Below, in pieces: positions 25,690-38,274 of a DNA stretch of 64,000 bases. Each line of letters begins with the position of its first letter. The stretch's first letter is position 1. The position numbers and the translations under genes are program-made. The notes under the pieces are model-generated. The model was not told the DNA's origin. It searched no databases and saw only the letters and a program-made list of their open reading frames with translations. The stretch comes from Octopus bimaculoides (taxonomy: Eukaryota). The stretch lies in NCBI RefSeq assembly GCF_001194135.2, contig NC_068981.1:37435762-37499761 (forward strand). The letters run 5' to 3'.

Positions 25690-26292
25690 CCCTAACAGTG
25701 GAAGGAACCTGTGTAAGACATGGAATGAGGTGGTAAAGCATGACCTTTGAATGTTGGGCTTCACAAAAGCAATGACAAGCGACTGAAAGAAACCTTTGGA
25801 GATATGCTGTGCTTGAGAAGACTTGGCAAGCCAACGAGATCATAGTTGTGGCCAATGCCAGTGTTGCATAACTGGCCCATTTAAAAGTACCCTTCAATCA
25901 TTGGGCAATATGGTGTGCTTGAGAAGACCTGTTAAGTCAAGTGAAATCACAGTCATAGCCAATGCCAGTGCCACCTGACTGGCACCCATGCCAGTGGCAC
26001 ATAAAACCTACCATTCGAGAGTGGCTGATATCAGTGCTGGTGGCACGTAAAAAGCACTATTCGAGTGTGGTTGATACCAGTTTTGCCTGACTGGCTCCCA
26101 TGCTGGTGGCACATAAAAAGCACCATTCAAACATGGTTAATGCCAGTGTCACCTGATTAACCCCCATGCCATTGGTACATCAAAAGCACCCACTACACTC
26201 TTGGAGTGGTTGGTGTTAGGAAGGGCATCCAGGTGTAGAAACCTTACCAGATCAGATTGGAGCCTGGTGCAACCTTATGATGATGATGATTC
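25690..26292 (+). mobile_element. RTE LINE 3' end (ORF C-terminus + 3' UTR)
   Basis: KTWNEVVKHDL..LGFTKAMTS..LWRYAVLEKT, followed by the UTR and GATGATG. Confidence 0.85.
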
Positions 26293-26339
26293 TGATAACA
26301 CTGAGAAAAAATAAAAAGGGTCAATGGTCATTCCTGAGC

Positions 26340-26575
26340 CATCGACTAATAAGGCCAGTTTCTGCTATTCTGCAGCATATATATTTCACTCCCACCCACC
26401 CCAGATGGTATTCTGGTCCATTGCAGGATTACTCCTATTTTCCAGCTGAGTGGACTGGAGCAACATGAAATTAAGTGTTTCACTCAAGAACACAATTCAT
26501 TGCCCAGTCTAGGAATCAAAACCACTATTTTACATTCATAAGTGCAACACCTTAACCATTAGGTCATATTTCTCC
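26340..26575 (-). mobile_element. tRNA-headed SINE
   Basis: CCAGCTGAGTGGACTGGAGCAACATGAAATTAAGTGTTTCACTCAAGAACACAA..GGAATCAAAACC..TAACCATTAGG, the reverse complement of the 48122 SINE 5' half. Confidence 0.7.
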
Positions 26576-28284
26576 ACATATAATGTTGTAGCAGTTATTT
26601 TTGTCATTGTACACCAAATATTTAAAAAAAATTTCTCTTAGCCACAAATTAAAAGTGGAACCTATTGTTAAACAACCAAACGAAAGTAAAAAAAAAAAGT
26701 TTTGTACCTTGAATGAATGTTCAAACTAAGGCTATAGTAGAGTTTGAAATTTTTACCATGTTGAACTTAGAGCTATCATGCCTCAACCACCCGCAGGCTT
26801 ATTTGAATGTTGGAAAAAATGCTTCATGGTATTTATTCCAATTCTCTGTGCTCTGGATTCAAATCCCTCTGAGTTCAACTTTGTGCCTAATCATTTTGGG
26901 CTTACTGAATAATGTACTAATAAAGAATGGAGATTTGGTGTAACTGTGATAACATCAAAAGGCACCTCACAGTATTTGTTCTGGCCCATTGCATTCTAAT
27001 AGTAATGCCTCTGACAGCTCTAGTGTCTGAGTTGTATTGGCTCTAACGCACTGACTTTTGTCTCAGGCAGCATCAGTAGTGGGAAAAGAGGGACTTGCAC
27101 ACATGAGAAACTGCCAGTCCTCCACAAAAACAACTTTGTCCAGATTTATACATACCAATACAGAATAATGGCCAACACAGACAAATGAAAATTCCCGAAA
27201 TGTTAATATCAGGAATGTCTTCCTTTTTTTATCATTTATTCTATTTTTAACATACCAGAAGTTTAAATCAGCAAGTTTACATAAATTAATATAGAAATAT
27301 ACAAAACTACAGCATAAGCATATTTCCTCCATTAATCTAATGTCATTAATGCATAATGAATCAATGTAGCAGACAAGCCATGTCACAGACAAGGCTTGAC
27401 ATGTTTCAGTTAACAGGAAAATGTACCATTTCCTCATGTACATTTTCATGGTGGTCGTTGCTGGGAAAATCATCCAACTGTACAATATTTTCATGTAAAC
27501 ACCTGCATTTCCAAACTATTCACTTACTGCCAAAATGGACAAGCAAGTTTTATAGCAGCCAAAAAGAAGAGAATGAAATGCAATGGTACTGGAAATCACC
27601 ACTATTCTTATCATCAAATTTATGATTAAATTCTTCATCTTCGACATTACTCTTATGAACAATATCATAATCTAACAAGTGTTTCACCTATTTATTTAAT
27701 CAATGTATGTACACACACAAATGCATATATAGATACGTACACATCAGTGTATATAAATATATATATGTGTGTGTGTGCATGTGTGTATGTGTGTGTGTTT
27801 GCTTGTGCATATATGTGTGTACCCACAGACACACAAACACATGCACATGTATGCATATGTGTATGTAGTGCTCATGATTTTTTTGCAGAGCCTCTTGTAC
27901 TGGTGGGAGCAAGGAAGAGGGTATCTTTGAGCCAGAGTCCTGTTCTGAACCACTTGCAGTCAAGCACCAAATGATGGTGTTACATAGGAACAACAGAGTA
28001 AGTCTACTGCCTATGTAGATCACAGTGACAGCTAAACTCTGAATGAAAAGGGTCACCACAAATATCACATAGCATCCCATCCAACACTGTAACAAGTCTA
28101 TCAGACTCAAACTCTAGATTAGTAGTTTATCATAAACCCCAGAAAGATGAATGACAAAGTTAACTTAGGCAGAATTCAAACTCAGAATACAATTTACCAG
28201 GTTAAGTACAAGTTTGTTTTGTCCAATGCTCTAATGACTTTGTTCATTTTCAGATGATGTATGTATGCATGTATGCATGCATGC

Positions 28285-28317
<33 letters not shown>

Positions 28318-28337
28318 TGTATGTATGTATGTATGTA

Positions 28338-28506
28338 TTCTCATGCATATAGTTGCATATCTAGACATGCTCATATATATTTAAATAATAAAATTCTAGA
28401 AAGTTTCACAGATTTTTGCAGTTCCAGTGATGGCTTGGATCTGTAGTCTTTGAATTAGCTTTCTCCTTTCTGGTTTTGAGAATCCTAATTTCTCAAGATT
28501 GGTATT
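28338..28506 (-). mobile_element. 5'-truncated RLE (R4-clade-like) retroelement 3' end abutting (ACAT)n
   Basis: Minus reading NLEKLGFSKPERRKLIQRLQIQAITGTAKICETF; about 85% identical by eye to 55910-56078; 3' end joins (TATG)n at 28288-28337. Confidence 0.8.
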
Positions 28507-29464
28507 CTTATATAATTATACTTAGATCCATAGGTCGATATTTCTGTAGGGTCTTTTTTCTGTTTTAATATTTTATTTAGAAATGATGTGTTTCTATGAA
28601 TCAATTAAAAAAGTATCAGTTGTGTGTTTGTTTCATTTATCTTGTATCTATGAAGAAAATAAGGAAAAAATGTCAAATAAGTTTTAAGACAAGATATATT
28701 TTTCCTCATTTATTAATTTCTTTGAAAATGGAAGTTAACTGCAACCATGTGGATCATATATTAGCTCATGCTATACATTATAATTGTATTAAAATCAAGG
28801 GTCACTTCATGTAAGATTCTTTTGACATTATAAGTCCATATAGATATCTAAGTGTCACAAATGCATTATGAAGTTTTATGCCAAAACCAATGAGAAAATC
28901 CTGTACACAGCCACTCAGATTTTAGAAGTAACATCCATATTTCCCAGATGTTTAACCCTACGGTCTTAAAGAAGAAAGAATTGTGCAAGATTGTAACCTT
29001 AGCCATGTAATGCTCAAAATAAATATTGGCGGTTATCCCTGTAATAATTCCATTCATAGTTTGCTTAGTCAGAGATAATCTAGAGTCAAACAACAATTAT
29101 ATGTGAAAACAGATGTAGCCAACTAATTCTAAATTAGCAAGAATTAATCATAAAATTTCATTTCTCAGAATTTGGACAAAATGCAAATATATAAAAAAAA
29201 CATTAAAAAATAGACTATATTGTGCATAAAAGTTGTATTAAAGTAAATCCATTCAAAATATATCCATGCATGTTTTGTGTTCTATTTAATCCTTTTAATT
29301 TTCTGCTATATTAAAAATGCATAATGCAGTATATAGCATTTATAAAATATATATATACATTTAGAATGGTGAGAGTTAAAATATTTTGTTGCTTAGAAAC
29401 TCCTCAAGAAGATATGGCTTCTCTTACAAGTTTGTATCATCGTCATCATCGTCGTTGTCATTGT

Positions 29465-29610
29465 CATCGTTGTCGTCATCATTTAACAGCCACCTTCTAT
29501 GCTGTCATAGGTTGGATGGTTTGACAGGAGCTGGCCAGGCAGAAGCCTGCACCAGACTTCTGTGTCTGTTTTGACAGGGTTTTTATGGCTGAATGCTGTA
29601 AAAATCAAGT
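29465..29610 (-). mobile_element. old RTE tail
   Basis: TCATCATTTAACAGCCACCTTCTATGCTGTCATAGGTTGGATGGTTTGACAGG..GGTTTTTATGGCTGAATGC. Confidence 0.6.
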
Positions 29611-32326
29611 CACAAATAGAAGATTTATATGGCAACAAAGAAGTTCCTTGCTGACTTTTCTTCATCATCAGATGGAGTAGATGGTGATGATGATGATGCT
29701 CTAGATAGCATAGAAGAAAGTGATGATTCAACAAGCTCTGGATGACAAAGGTGCACCAATTTTAACCTATTTGTACATTCAATAATAATAATCACAAGCA
29801 AATTTTTGCTCAAATGATTTTATTGCTCTTTTGTCTTTATTGTTATAATCTAAGTGAGCTTGTACTTATTTAAAGTGAAAATAAGTACAAAAATAACCCT
29901 TGAGAGAAAAGATATCTTTTGTTTTTGCTGTTTGGCACACACATTCATGCAATCTTTTCCAGATGTTTCAGAGCTAATTGCTTTAGATCTATTTTCCTGA
30001 TAGTTTTGTATAATGCAATGCTCCATATTAGGCAATATTTATTCATGATCTAGTTACTATTGTTTAACAGTTAACTGAACTATGAGATACAAAATTAAGT
30101 TCCTAAATATACAAATGCATTAATACACAATAAGAGATCCCCAATGAATTTAAGCTCAAAGTTTGTATGCTAGATATGCTATGCAAAAATTTCCTTTTAT
30201 GAGGTGAACTTTATTTACAATTGCAGAAAATTTTTTGCTGTAACAGTTTTGTTTGTTTATTGGTGCAATATTCTTCACATTGTAAAGTTATGCTTATAAT
30301 ATCTAAGTTTAATTTTTCTTATGTGTATTTGGTGTGCAAGATTCTTGATGTGGATACGTGTGTTGAAAGAAATACAATTAAACCTTGGGAGAGGCATTAT
30401 GCCGGTAATAAACACATGCACTGGTTCAGTCCTTTATTAATTTATAAACAGTATTTAGTTTTGTTTTTTGTTAAATCATTTCATTGCACTCTTGCAATCT
30501 CTTCAGTAACTTGTCTCTCCACTTCCATTTATTTTGAATGTATGATTTAGCGTTATTTTGAAATTGTCTGGTATGAGCATGTGAGTGTGTGCACACTCGT
30601 ATGTGTGCACGCTCGAATGTGTGCATGCACGTATGTGTTCGCGCATCCATATGTGTGTTTGTTGATTTCCAAGACAAGTCTAATTGCTATTGATTTTAGG
30701 GCAGTAATGGAAAATGTTGACCCTAGTCTGTCAGGAAACGAACTTTGGATAGTGTGAATTATCTTGTCTGAATCTGACTATATTTACTGATTCTGCTATA
30801 CTAGAATTAAGATATAGATATTCTTTTTATTTATTTGTAAAATTGTGCTTAGAATATCTTTCTGTTTATAATAACATATTTTTTCATCATACAATATATC
30901 TATAATACAACAGACACAGTAAAGTAGAATATCGGTTACTAGATCATAGATATCTAATACACTTCCATTCCTAAATGTATATACTATTACTATAACATAA
31001 TAATAAAACAGATATTAATCTAACGGCACATAGTATGTGTTGTAAATGATTATTATGACCTTGTGATGCTGCAATTGTTTTAGCTTCAACACTGTGTCTT
31101 ATCACAACGAAGGTCAACTAAAACATATAACAATATCTAAAGATTCATTTCAAATTCATGGTCACCACTCAGAAAATTTCTCTCAATTTTTAAATCACAT
31201 TTTCTTCCATTTGATTCGCATATAGCATTTATTCAATTATATTTTTCTTCTAGTTATTTTTTCTTCCATCTTTTGTTAACCATATACAATTCTATCATCT
31301 GAACAACCTCATACATATAATGTATTGTTATATTTACTAATAGTTAGCATTTACAAGTTTTCCTTACTGTAGCCTTGAATTGTTCTAGAACCAAATAACC
31401 AAATTTCATAGAATTCTTGTTGTTATTATTGTTTTTATTATTTTCTTGTTATATTTTTATTTTTTGCTTATTGTTGATTGTAGTTGAACAACTGAAGCTA
31501 CTTTTTGTAAGATCAAATATATTCAATTCTCAACCATTCAAGCATGTCATCTCATTTTCTACTTCATATTGAACAAAAGATAAGATGAGACAATTTCTTT
31601 TAGTGGAGATGTTAATTTAAATAGCAGTCAACCACACCAATGTAATCTAAATCCACTATCTGACAAATGCAGTGTTATTTTTATAGCGTTTCCTCTTTTT
31701 TCCTCTCACCAAATAATCTTACATTACATGACTACTATAGATCACTCATCTATTTCATGAGAAATGCATTACAGATCTAACTCAAAATATTTATCTTTTT
31801 ACTATTTAGCTGCTTTTTTCAATTTTCTTTTCCTTTGTCTTAAATTTAGATAAGTTATTACTTTCCTTCTTGATTCAAGAGGATGGGTGGGTTCAAGGAT
31901 GCAATGAATTAAATGTGAAATGGGCTGCTGCACACCACCCATTATACCTAGTCTAGAAGCAAAATGAACAAACCTCCAGATTTAATAACATAGCAGATTG
32001 AGATGAATGTGAGAGGTGGTGACTGTGACTAGATGCTAAGTACTAGTTTAGCTTCTCTATTCTCACAGAAGAATTTGAACTCAGTATGGCAAACTATTGA
32101 AATTGCTGAGAATTTTATAGTATTTCTGTTACTTAAAGTAATAAGCTATTGCTACTCAGCAGTTATTGCTTTTAACTAAATGGATGAGACTATTTATGAA
32201 TCAAGTATCTTAGCTAAATATACAAAACAATGCCAAGTGTAGGAAACAAGCTACTGAATACTTGGTTTGTTATCCCCAAATCTTATAATTTCCAGTTGTC
32301 TTATAGGTTATCAAATCATTTCCTAG

Positions 32327-32835
32327 TATCGGGTTATCCCATAAAGAATGCAGATTCTTTATACTTTTATTTTTCAAAATTAAGATAAAGAAAGTTCTTT
32401 TTTTCATCTAAAATATACTCCCCTTTATTTTCTACAATGCCTTTCCATCCATCTGGTAGGCTTTCAAGGTCCCTCTTCCAAAATTCACTTGTCCAGGATG
32501 AAAAAATACTCTTCCGATACTGTTCTGACCTCATCTACAGAATTTATATTTTTTCTGTTCAAATGATTTTGAAGATTGTGAATAAATGATATTTAGATGG
32601 GGCAATGTCCAGCGAATATGGTGGGTAGGATATCGTTTCCCATTCAACTCCAGCCTTTGGAATGTCATCCTCGATGTATGTGGCCAAGCATTATCCTGAT
32701 GGAAGAACACCTTTCGTCCTAAAAACCAAAGATAATCATTTTTCTTCTAGTGCTGATTTAAGCCGCTCAAGCGGTTTGCAGCAGATCTTCTTTTTGTTGT
32801 TTGGTTTGGGTTTAAAATTTCAAAGTGGACTGAAT
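32327..32835 (-). mobile_element. mariner transposon 3' half
   Basis: TIR-like TATCGGGTTATCCCATAAAG at 32327; minus reading HFEILNPNQT, RRKVFFHQDNAWPH and EWETISYPPYSLDIAPSKYHLF. Confidence 0.85.
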
Positions 32836-33145
32836 CTTTCAAAATACAAAGACCTGGAAATAGAGGTAACTCGAATGTGGAATCTAAAAACAGAAACAAT
32901 TCCTATCATAGTAGGCGCCTTAGGTATGATAAAAAAATATTCAGACAAATACATAACAAAAACACCAGGACTTACAAATATATATAACATACAGAAAATT
33001 GCACTACTGGGCACTGCACACATCCTACGCAAAACACTTTCAATGCAGTCACCATAAGATCATCATAGTAAACCACAGCACATACCCAAGGCACACAGAG
33101 CTGCACTCGGTAGTGAAGTGAAAGCACGTTATAAAAATAAAACTA

Positions 33146-33200
<55 letters not shown>
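32836..33200 (+). mobile_element. R4/Dong-clade RLE retrotransposon 3' end in (TAA)n
   Basis: SKYKDLEIEVTRMWNLKTETIPIIVGALGMIKK..IQKIALLGTAHILRKTLS; the 3' UTR ends AAATAAAACTACTGAA followed by (TAA)n at 33151-33200. Confidence 0.85.
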
Positions 33201-33201
<1 letters not shown>

Positions 33202-33202
<1 letters not shown>

Positions 33203-33350
33203 TACATCGACCACAGTGCACCACTGATACTCATTTCATCAACCCTGAAATGATAAAAAGCAAAGTCGATTTCGATCGAATTTGAAATCAGAATGTAAAA
33301 ATGAATGAAATGCCACTAAACAACTTTTACAGGCATGCTAATGATTCTCC
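33202..33350 (-). mobile_element. SINE fragment (family of 46728-46968)
   Basis: TTACATCGACCACAGTGCACCACTGATAC..AAAGCAAAGTCGATTTCG..GAATTTGAAATCAGAATGTAAA. Confidence 0.65.
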
Positions 33351-33935
33351 CAGTAATGATGATAATAATAATAATAATAATGATAATAATAACAATAATA
33401 ATAATAATGATATCTTTGGAAGTTCCATCCCACCTCCACATGGAGTGGAGTCAGCAATGCACAGTTGGCAAGTTACTCATAAAAGTGGCAAAAGAAGCTT
33501 TGACAGTCAGCTATGACAATATCAGTACATTGAAATGAATTATCACAGTACGTTGATCATCTTATGGGTGAACAAGTAATGCAATCCTAAGTGAAGTAGT
33601 AGACTAGAAGAGAAATATCTGCAACCAGAAAAACTCTTCTCACCCACTAGCACTAGAGTAAACCCAGTTCAAGGACACTCCTCATAATGGCCTTCTAAGT
33701 ATGGCCACCCTGTAGTCATTCATTTTGGATGTGAAAATGTAATGTATGTAATTAAAATTTACTAAGTTTGTAAAGCAAAATTCTTTACTGTCTACCTCAG
33801 GGTATCAAGAACAGGCATTCTTAAGTAATTATAGTTCTTTTTTTCAGAAGTACTCCACAGAAAATTTCATTTGGTAATGCTTGAATAAATTGTATCTTGC
33901 AGAGCGATGATAAACATCTTCACACTACAAGAATC

Positions 33936-34007
<72 letters not shown>

Positions 34008-34100
34008 TGTTATTATTATTATTATAGTAATAATAACAACAACAGTAACAACAACAGCAATGACAGGAATAATAGTATTGATGATGATGATGATAGTAAT
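33936..34100. repeat. (AAT)n/(ATT)n compound microsatellite with central palindrome
   Basis: AAT run at 33936-33970 directly abuts an ATT run at 33971-34003. Confidence 0.95.
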
Positions 34101-34360
34101 AGTATATTTTCTTGTGTCCCAATCATGTTTCATCTTAATTGTGAAGCCCACATCACTTGGAATTGATTTAACTAACTCTTCAACCTCTATATAAATCTTC
34201 TTTGATGAAATTTCTTTTGCATTTACCTTCTTCTCTTATCTCCAAGAATTCTTCATCCGCAATATATTCATATTATATATCTGTATTATGTAAAAATGGA
34301 AGTAAACCGACTGTTAAATTATATGCATACATACATACATACATACATACATACATACAT

Positions 34361-34406
<46 letters not shown>

Positions 34407-34429
34407 ATACATGCATACATACATATAAT

Positions 34430-35110
34430 TGAGACAATTTTTACAATGCATAAAACTGGTTATAAATACTAGAATAATGGTAGTACACAGATATAATTTT
34501 AATGTAACATTTATTACAACAAAACATTTATCACTCAATATGGCAGCTCTTTTTTTGGCAATTACTGCCTCCACACAAGAACGAAATTGTTTTGCAGCCA
34601 CTGCAACCTCTACCTTTTTGATTTTGTGTGTCGCATGCACAATGCAAGTCTTCAAACTGTTGACACTTGAGTGTAGTGAAGCATTGGTCCTTGCTTGAGG
34701 TACACCCCATAAAAAGTAATTGAGAAAATTGAGATCTGGGCTATTATTTGGCCACATGTTAGCCCTCACAAAAAATAGCACCTTCTCACCAAGAAAAGCC
34801 TGTGTTGCTTTTGACCCATGGCATGGGCAAAATCCTGGATAAGTACCACATTGTCAAGCCCAAACTTTTGCTCCATCCAAAGTAACAGAGAGCTTCTCAG
34901 GATGTCCAGATACTCCTTTGTGCCAATCTTCAAACCAGACTCATTGAAGTGTGGATCCATGACACTTCCATCACTCACCATGGCTCCAAATACCGCCGCA
35001 GACACAGGATTCTTAGTCTCAAACACAGGGGGGGGGGACGTCAGAAGGGTTCTATGCAGTCACTTGAGAATATCTGTGGTTCACCTCAGCGTCCACAGTG
35101 AATTTCTTCA
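34430..35110 (-). mobile_element. Tc1/maT-like transposon fragment
   Basis: FETKNPVSAAVFGAMVSDGSVMDPHF..VVLIQDFAH (34766-35026) and WPNNSPDLNFLNYFLWG (34314-34781). Confidence 0.85.
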
Positions 35111-35229
35111 CAACCACTAACACAAGTGTTTATCCTGCACCTTGATGCTTGATGAATGACAGAAGCTTTGGGCATCTCTTGGTTCTGATTGCTTTGGCCT
35201 TGGCTGTTAGGGGGTTATGTTAGGAGGAC

Positions 35230-35500
35230 TCAACACTACAGCAAACTACCACACATGTACGGTCTCCCTAAGATTCACAAGGATGGTATTCTATTAAGAC
35301 ATTTAGTGAGCTGTAGAGGTTCAGCTTGTCATCCATTGAGTCACTTCCTTGTGGATATGATCAACCCATTAGCAGGAAAGTCAACATCGTTCTTGAAGAA
35401 TTCTATCCACTTCACAGAATTGATCAAGGAAGCAAAGTCTTCACTACGTTTGCAGCACCTGCCAGAGGGAGTGTTTGTCTAGGATAGGACTACACTGCCA
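35230..35500 (+). mobile_element. Penelope-like RT N-terminal fragment
   Basis: KLPHMYGLPKIHKDGILLRHLVSCRGSACHPLSHFL..KSTSFLKNSIHF. Confidence 0.8.
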
Positions 35501-35504
35501 CAGC

Positions 35505-36299
35505 AAGAGTTCCACATTGACCGTTTGGTTCTGTTCAAGCAATTCGTAATGGATAATCTCTTTCCTGTGCCACCATACACACAACATCATTTTACGCGCG
35601 GTGTTGCTTGTTTAATGGGGCTAAGCCATTCCTTATGCTGCTTCATATCGATGTACAGGCACCATTTTTTGTTGCCAGTAATGATTCAGTAAAGAAATTG
35701 TTGCTTCTGTCCATGAGTTGAGCGGTGATGAGCAAGCAAACCAGTAGAGATTGTGGCTCGTTGATTTTTGTTGCTGTCACTTAAAGCATGCGGAACCCAT
35801 GCTCCATACTTCTGAACCTTTCCCATCGAGTGAAAATGCTTCTCTATAGCAGTGTGGGAACATTCCATTTTCTCTGCCAGTTCCCTTGTCGTTTGACAAT
35901 AAATTTCATGCAAAAGTTGGTTTAATCGCTCTTCATTGCACTCAACTGAACTTGGCATACCAATCTTTGAACTTGGCATACCAATCACGAGTGGTTCTTT
36001 CAGCTATGGCACCCTCTCCGTACACAGCACAAATGTCACAAGCAGCTTTTGTGGCTTTAGAACCTTGATTAAAAGCAAAAAGAAGGAGGTGTTGAAAATG
36101 CTCGTTTTTCTTAACGTGACATTCCATTTTAATGATCTGAAAATAAAGAAAAATGAACTAATATTAACTAGAGAAAAACAAAATAGATTCCAAAATGATT
36201 AAAAAATAGAATTCTTGAAAAAAATAGATTCTAAAATTAAAAAACGCAATAAATTCCAAAATTCAAAAGAACTGCGGAAACTTAGTTGCCAACCCAATA
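35505..36299 (-). mobile_element. mariner transposon 5' two-thirds
   Basis: TIR-like TATTGGGTTGGCAACTAAG at 36281-36299; EHFQHLLLFAFNQG..RDWYAKFK, AWVPHAL, KWCLYIDMKQ. Confidence 0.9.
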
Positions 36300-36374
36300 C
36301 CATTATGTCATTATATATATGTATATATATCTGGCATATCTGCAGATATATTATACTTAAAGATGCTTCTGCTG

Positions 36375-36758
36375 CTAGTATAAGGAGTTGCTTTTTGTTC
36401 TGGGTTCAGTCTCACTGCGTGGCACCTTGGGCATGTGTCTTCTCCTATAGTCTCAAGCCGACCAAAGCCTTGTGAGTTGATTTGATAGATGGAAACTGAA
36501 AGAAGCCCGTTGTGTATATGTGTGTGTGTGTGTGTGTGTGCTTGTGTGTGTAGGTCTGTGTGTCTGTGTTTGTCCCCCCAACATCGCTTGACAACTGATG
36601 CTGTGTGTTTACGTCCCCATAACTTAGCAGTTCAGCAAAGGAGTCTGATAGAATCAGTACTAGGCTTACAAAGAATAAGTCCTGGGGTCGATTTGTTTGA
36701 CTAAAGGCAGTGCTCCAGCATGGCCACAGTCAAATGACTGAAAAAATAAAAGAAAAAA
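36375..36758 (+). mobile_element. tRNA-headed SINE (CR1-type tail)
   Basis: GGGTTCAGTCTCACTGCGTGGCACCTTGGGCA..GGAAACTGAAAGAAGCCCGT..GTGCTCCAGCATGGCCACAGTCAAATGACTGAAA. Confidence 0.85.
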
Positions 36759-38274
36759 GGATATATATATATATACGCATACGCATGTACATATTCATGT
36801 ATGTATGTATGTGTATACATGACTTCAAGCTCTTCTATTTCTATTGGCATGTCTATAATTTCAAAATATGTAAGCATCTTTCAGGTACAAATAGATTATG
36901 TGCTGTCAACCACATATCACAGGCAGCTTTATTGAATATTTTCACTAAATTGGAGAATGTAGGATGTTATCATTTATTTCACAAGGTTTATAACTTTAGT
37001 AGCTGTTTCATAGTATACCCAGTCATACACTTCTAATATAACTGGTGATCTTACCATTAAACATTAAACCAGACTGCTTAGTCTCCACAAACTCTAACAC
37101 ATTCATGAATGAAGCTCTCTTGTTGCTTTCATAATTATCTCTATTAGTTTTGATTCACAATGATTTCCTGTCTTGAACACAATAACTCCTGAATTTTTAA
37201 TAGTTCCTGTACAGCTAATGTGTTGAGCATCAGAGGTTAAGCTAATTTAGTCAATAAATCTTTCTCTACCAAATGCCTTGCACATCTCTTTGACAGGCTT
37301 CTGTTGGAATGATGGCCTTTGTGCATTTCAAAGTAATTATTACTACCCATTTATTCCTGATTTTCACAGTTAGTTTCACAATGGAATTGGCTCACAAATG
37401 TCCCTGTCTTTTCCAAGTAAACTGTTCATTTAGAGACTTCCTTTCAAAATCCATTTTCCTCTCTGTTAAGTTATTAAGATAGGTCTAAAACTTCAGTTAT
37501 TCTCCTACATCCTTGGAGTGGATATTTATTTACAATTTTTATTCTCATATTCTTCTTTTAAATATTGAAGACCTTCCTTGAGAGTTATAGTTAGTAATTC
37601 GTGAAATGGCACTAGAACCAATTTTCCAGCTCAGTTAACTGATGTAATGAAATGAGCAAAAGAAGAAAATTATGTGTAGTCTTTGGTCACAATATATTGC
37701 CTGTTGCTAGTTTTGAACTTTTGGTTTTAGAGCATTTATGCAAAAAATTTAGTACTTAATATGAGGAAACATTTCTGAAATATGGCTATCAACTGTGATG
37801 GCATAATGCATTCCCTCCATTTATGTTCAGAAAAATCACCTGTTAAACCTCAAAATTTTAATTTTAATTTTACCATGGGGAGTTGCTTTCTTCTTATTAA
37901 AGAGAGTAGTTCTGGCAAACTGATTTCATAACTTGGCTGCAATTTCATTTTGAAGCCATTTTAGTAAACTTACATTAGAAATGCCATAAAGAAAGCTATC
38001 ATTTTCTTTTGCTATAAACTTGTTCCCATATCGTAAGTCATTATTCTAACCCTTTAGAAGGATATCGCAGTTCAGTGGAAAAGTCAAGTAGCCATTTTCA
38101 ATTTCTAACCAGAAACATTTCATTTTATTTATCATTTATCTGTTCCAAGATCATAAAAATGGCCCTTTTTATTTCCAGTAAATTTCATATATTTGCATCT
38201 GCTTACAAAAACCACTATTATAATATCTTCAGCAACAAGATTCACGAAAGTAGCATTCTAGAAGGAACATTAAA

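Noticed and set aside
27063-27494. 143-aa minus-strand ORF in non-repetitive sequence
   Set aside because: No recognisable motif and no convincing splice or start context; kept only as unexplained unique DNA.
37974-38045. 72-nt minus-strand open segment with a GTAAGT donor
   Set aside because: Poor acceptor and an equally good donor on the opposite strand; indistinguishable from chance.
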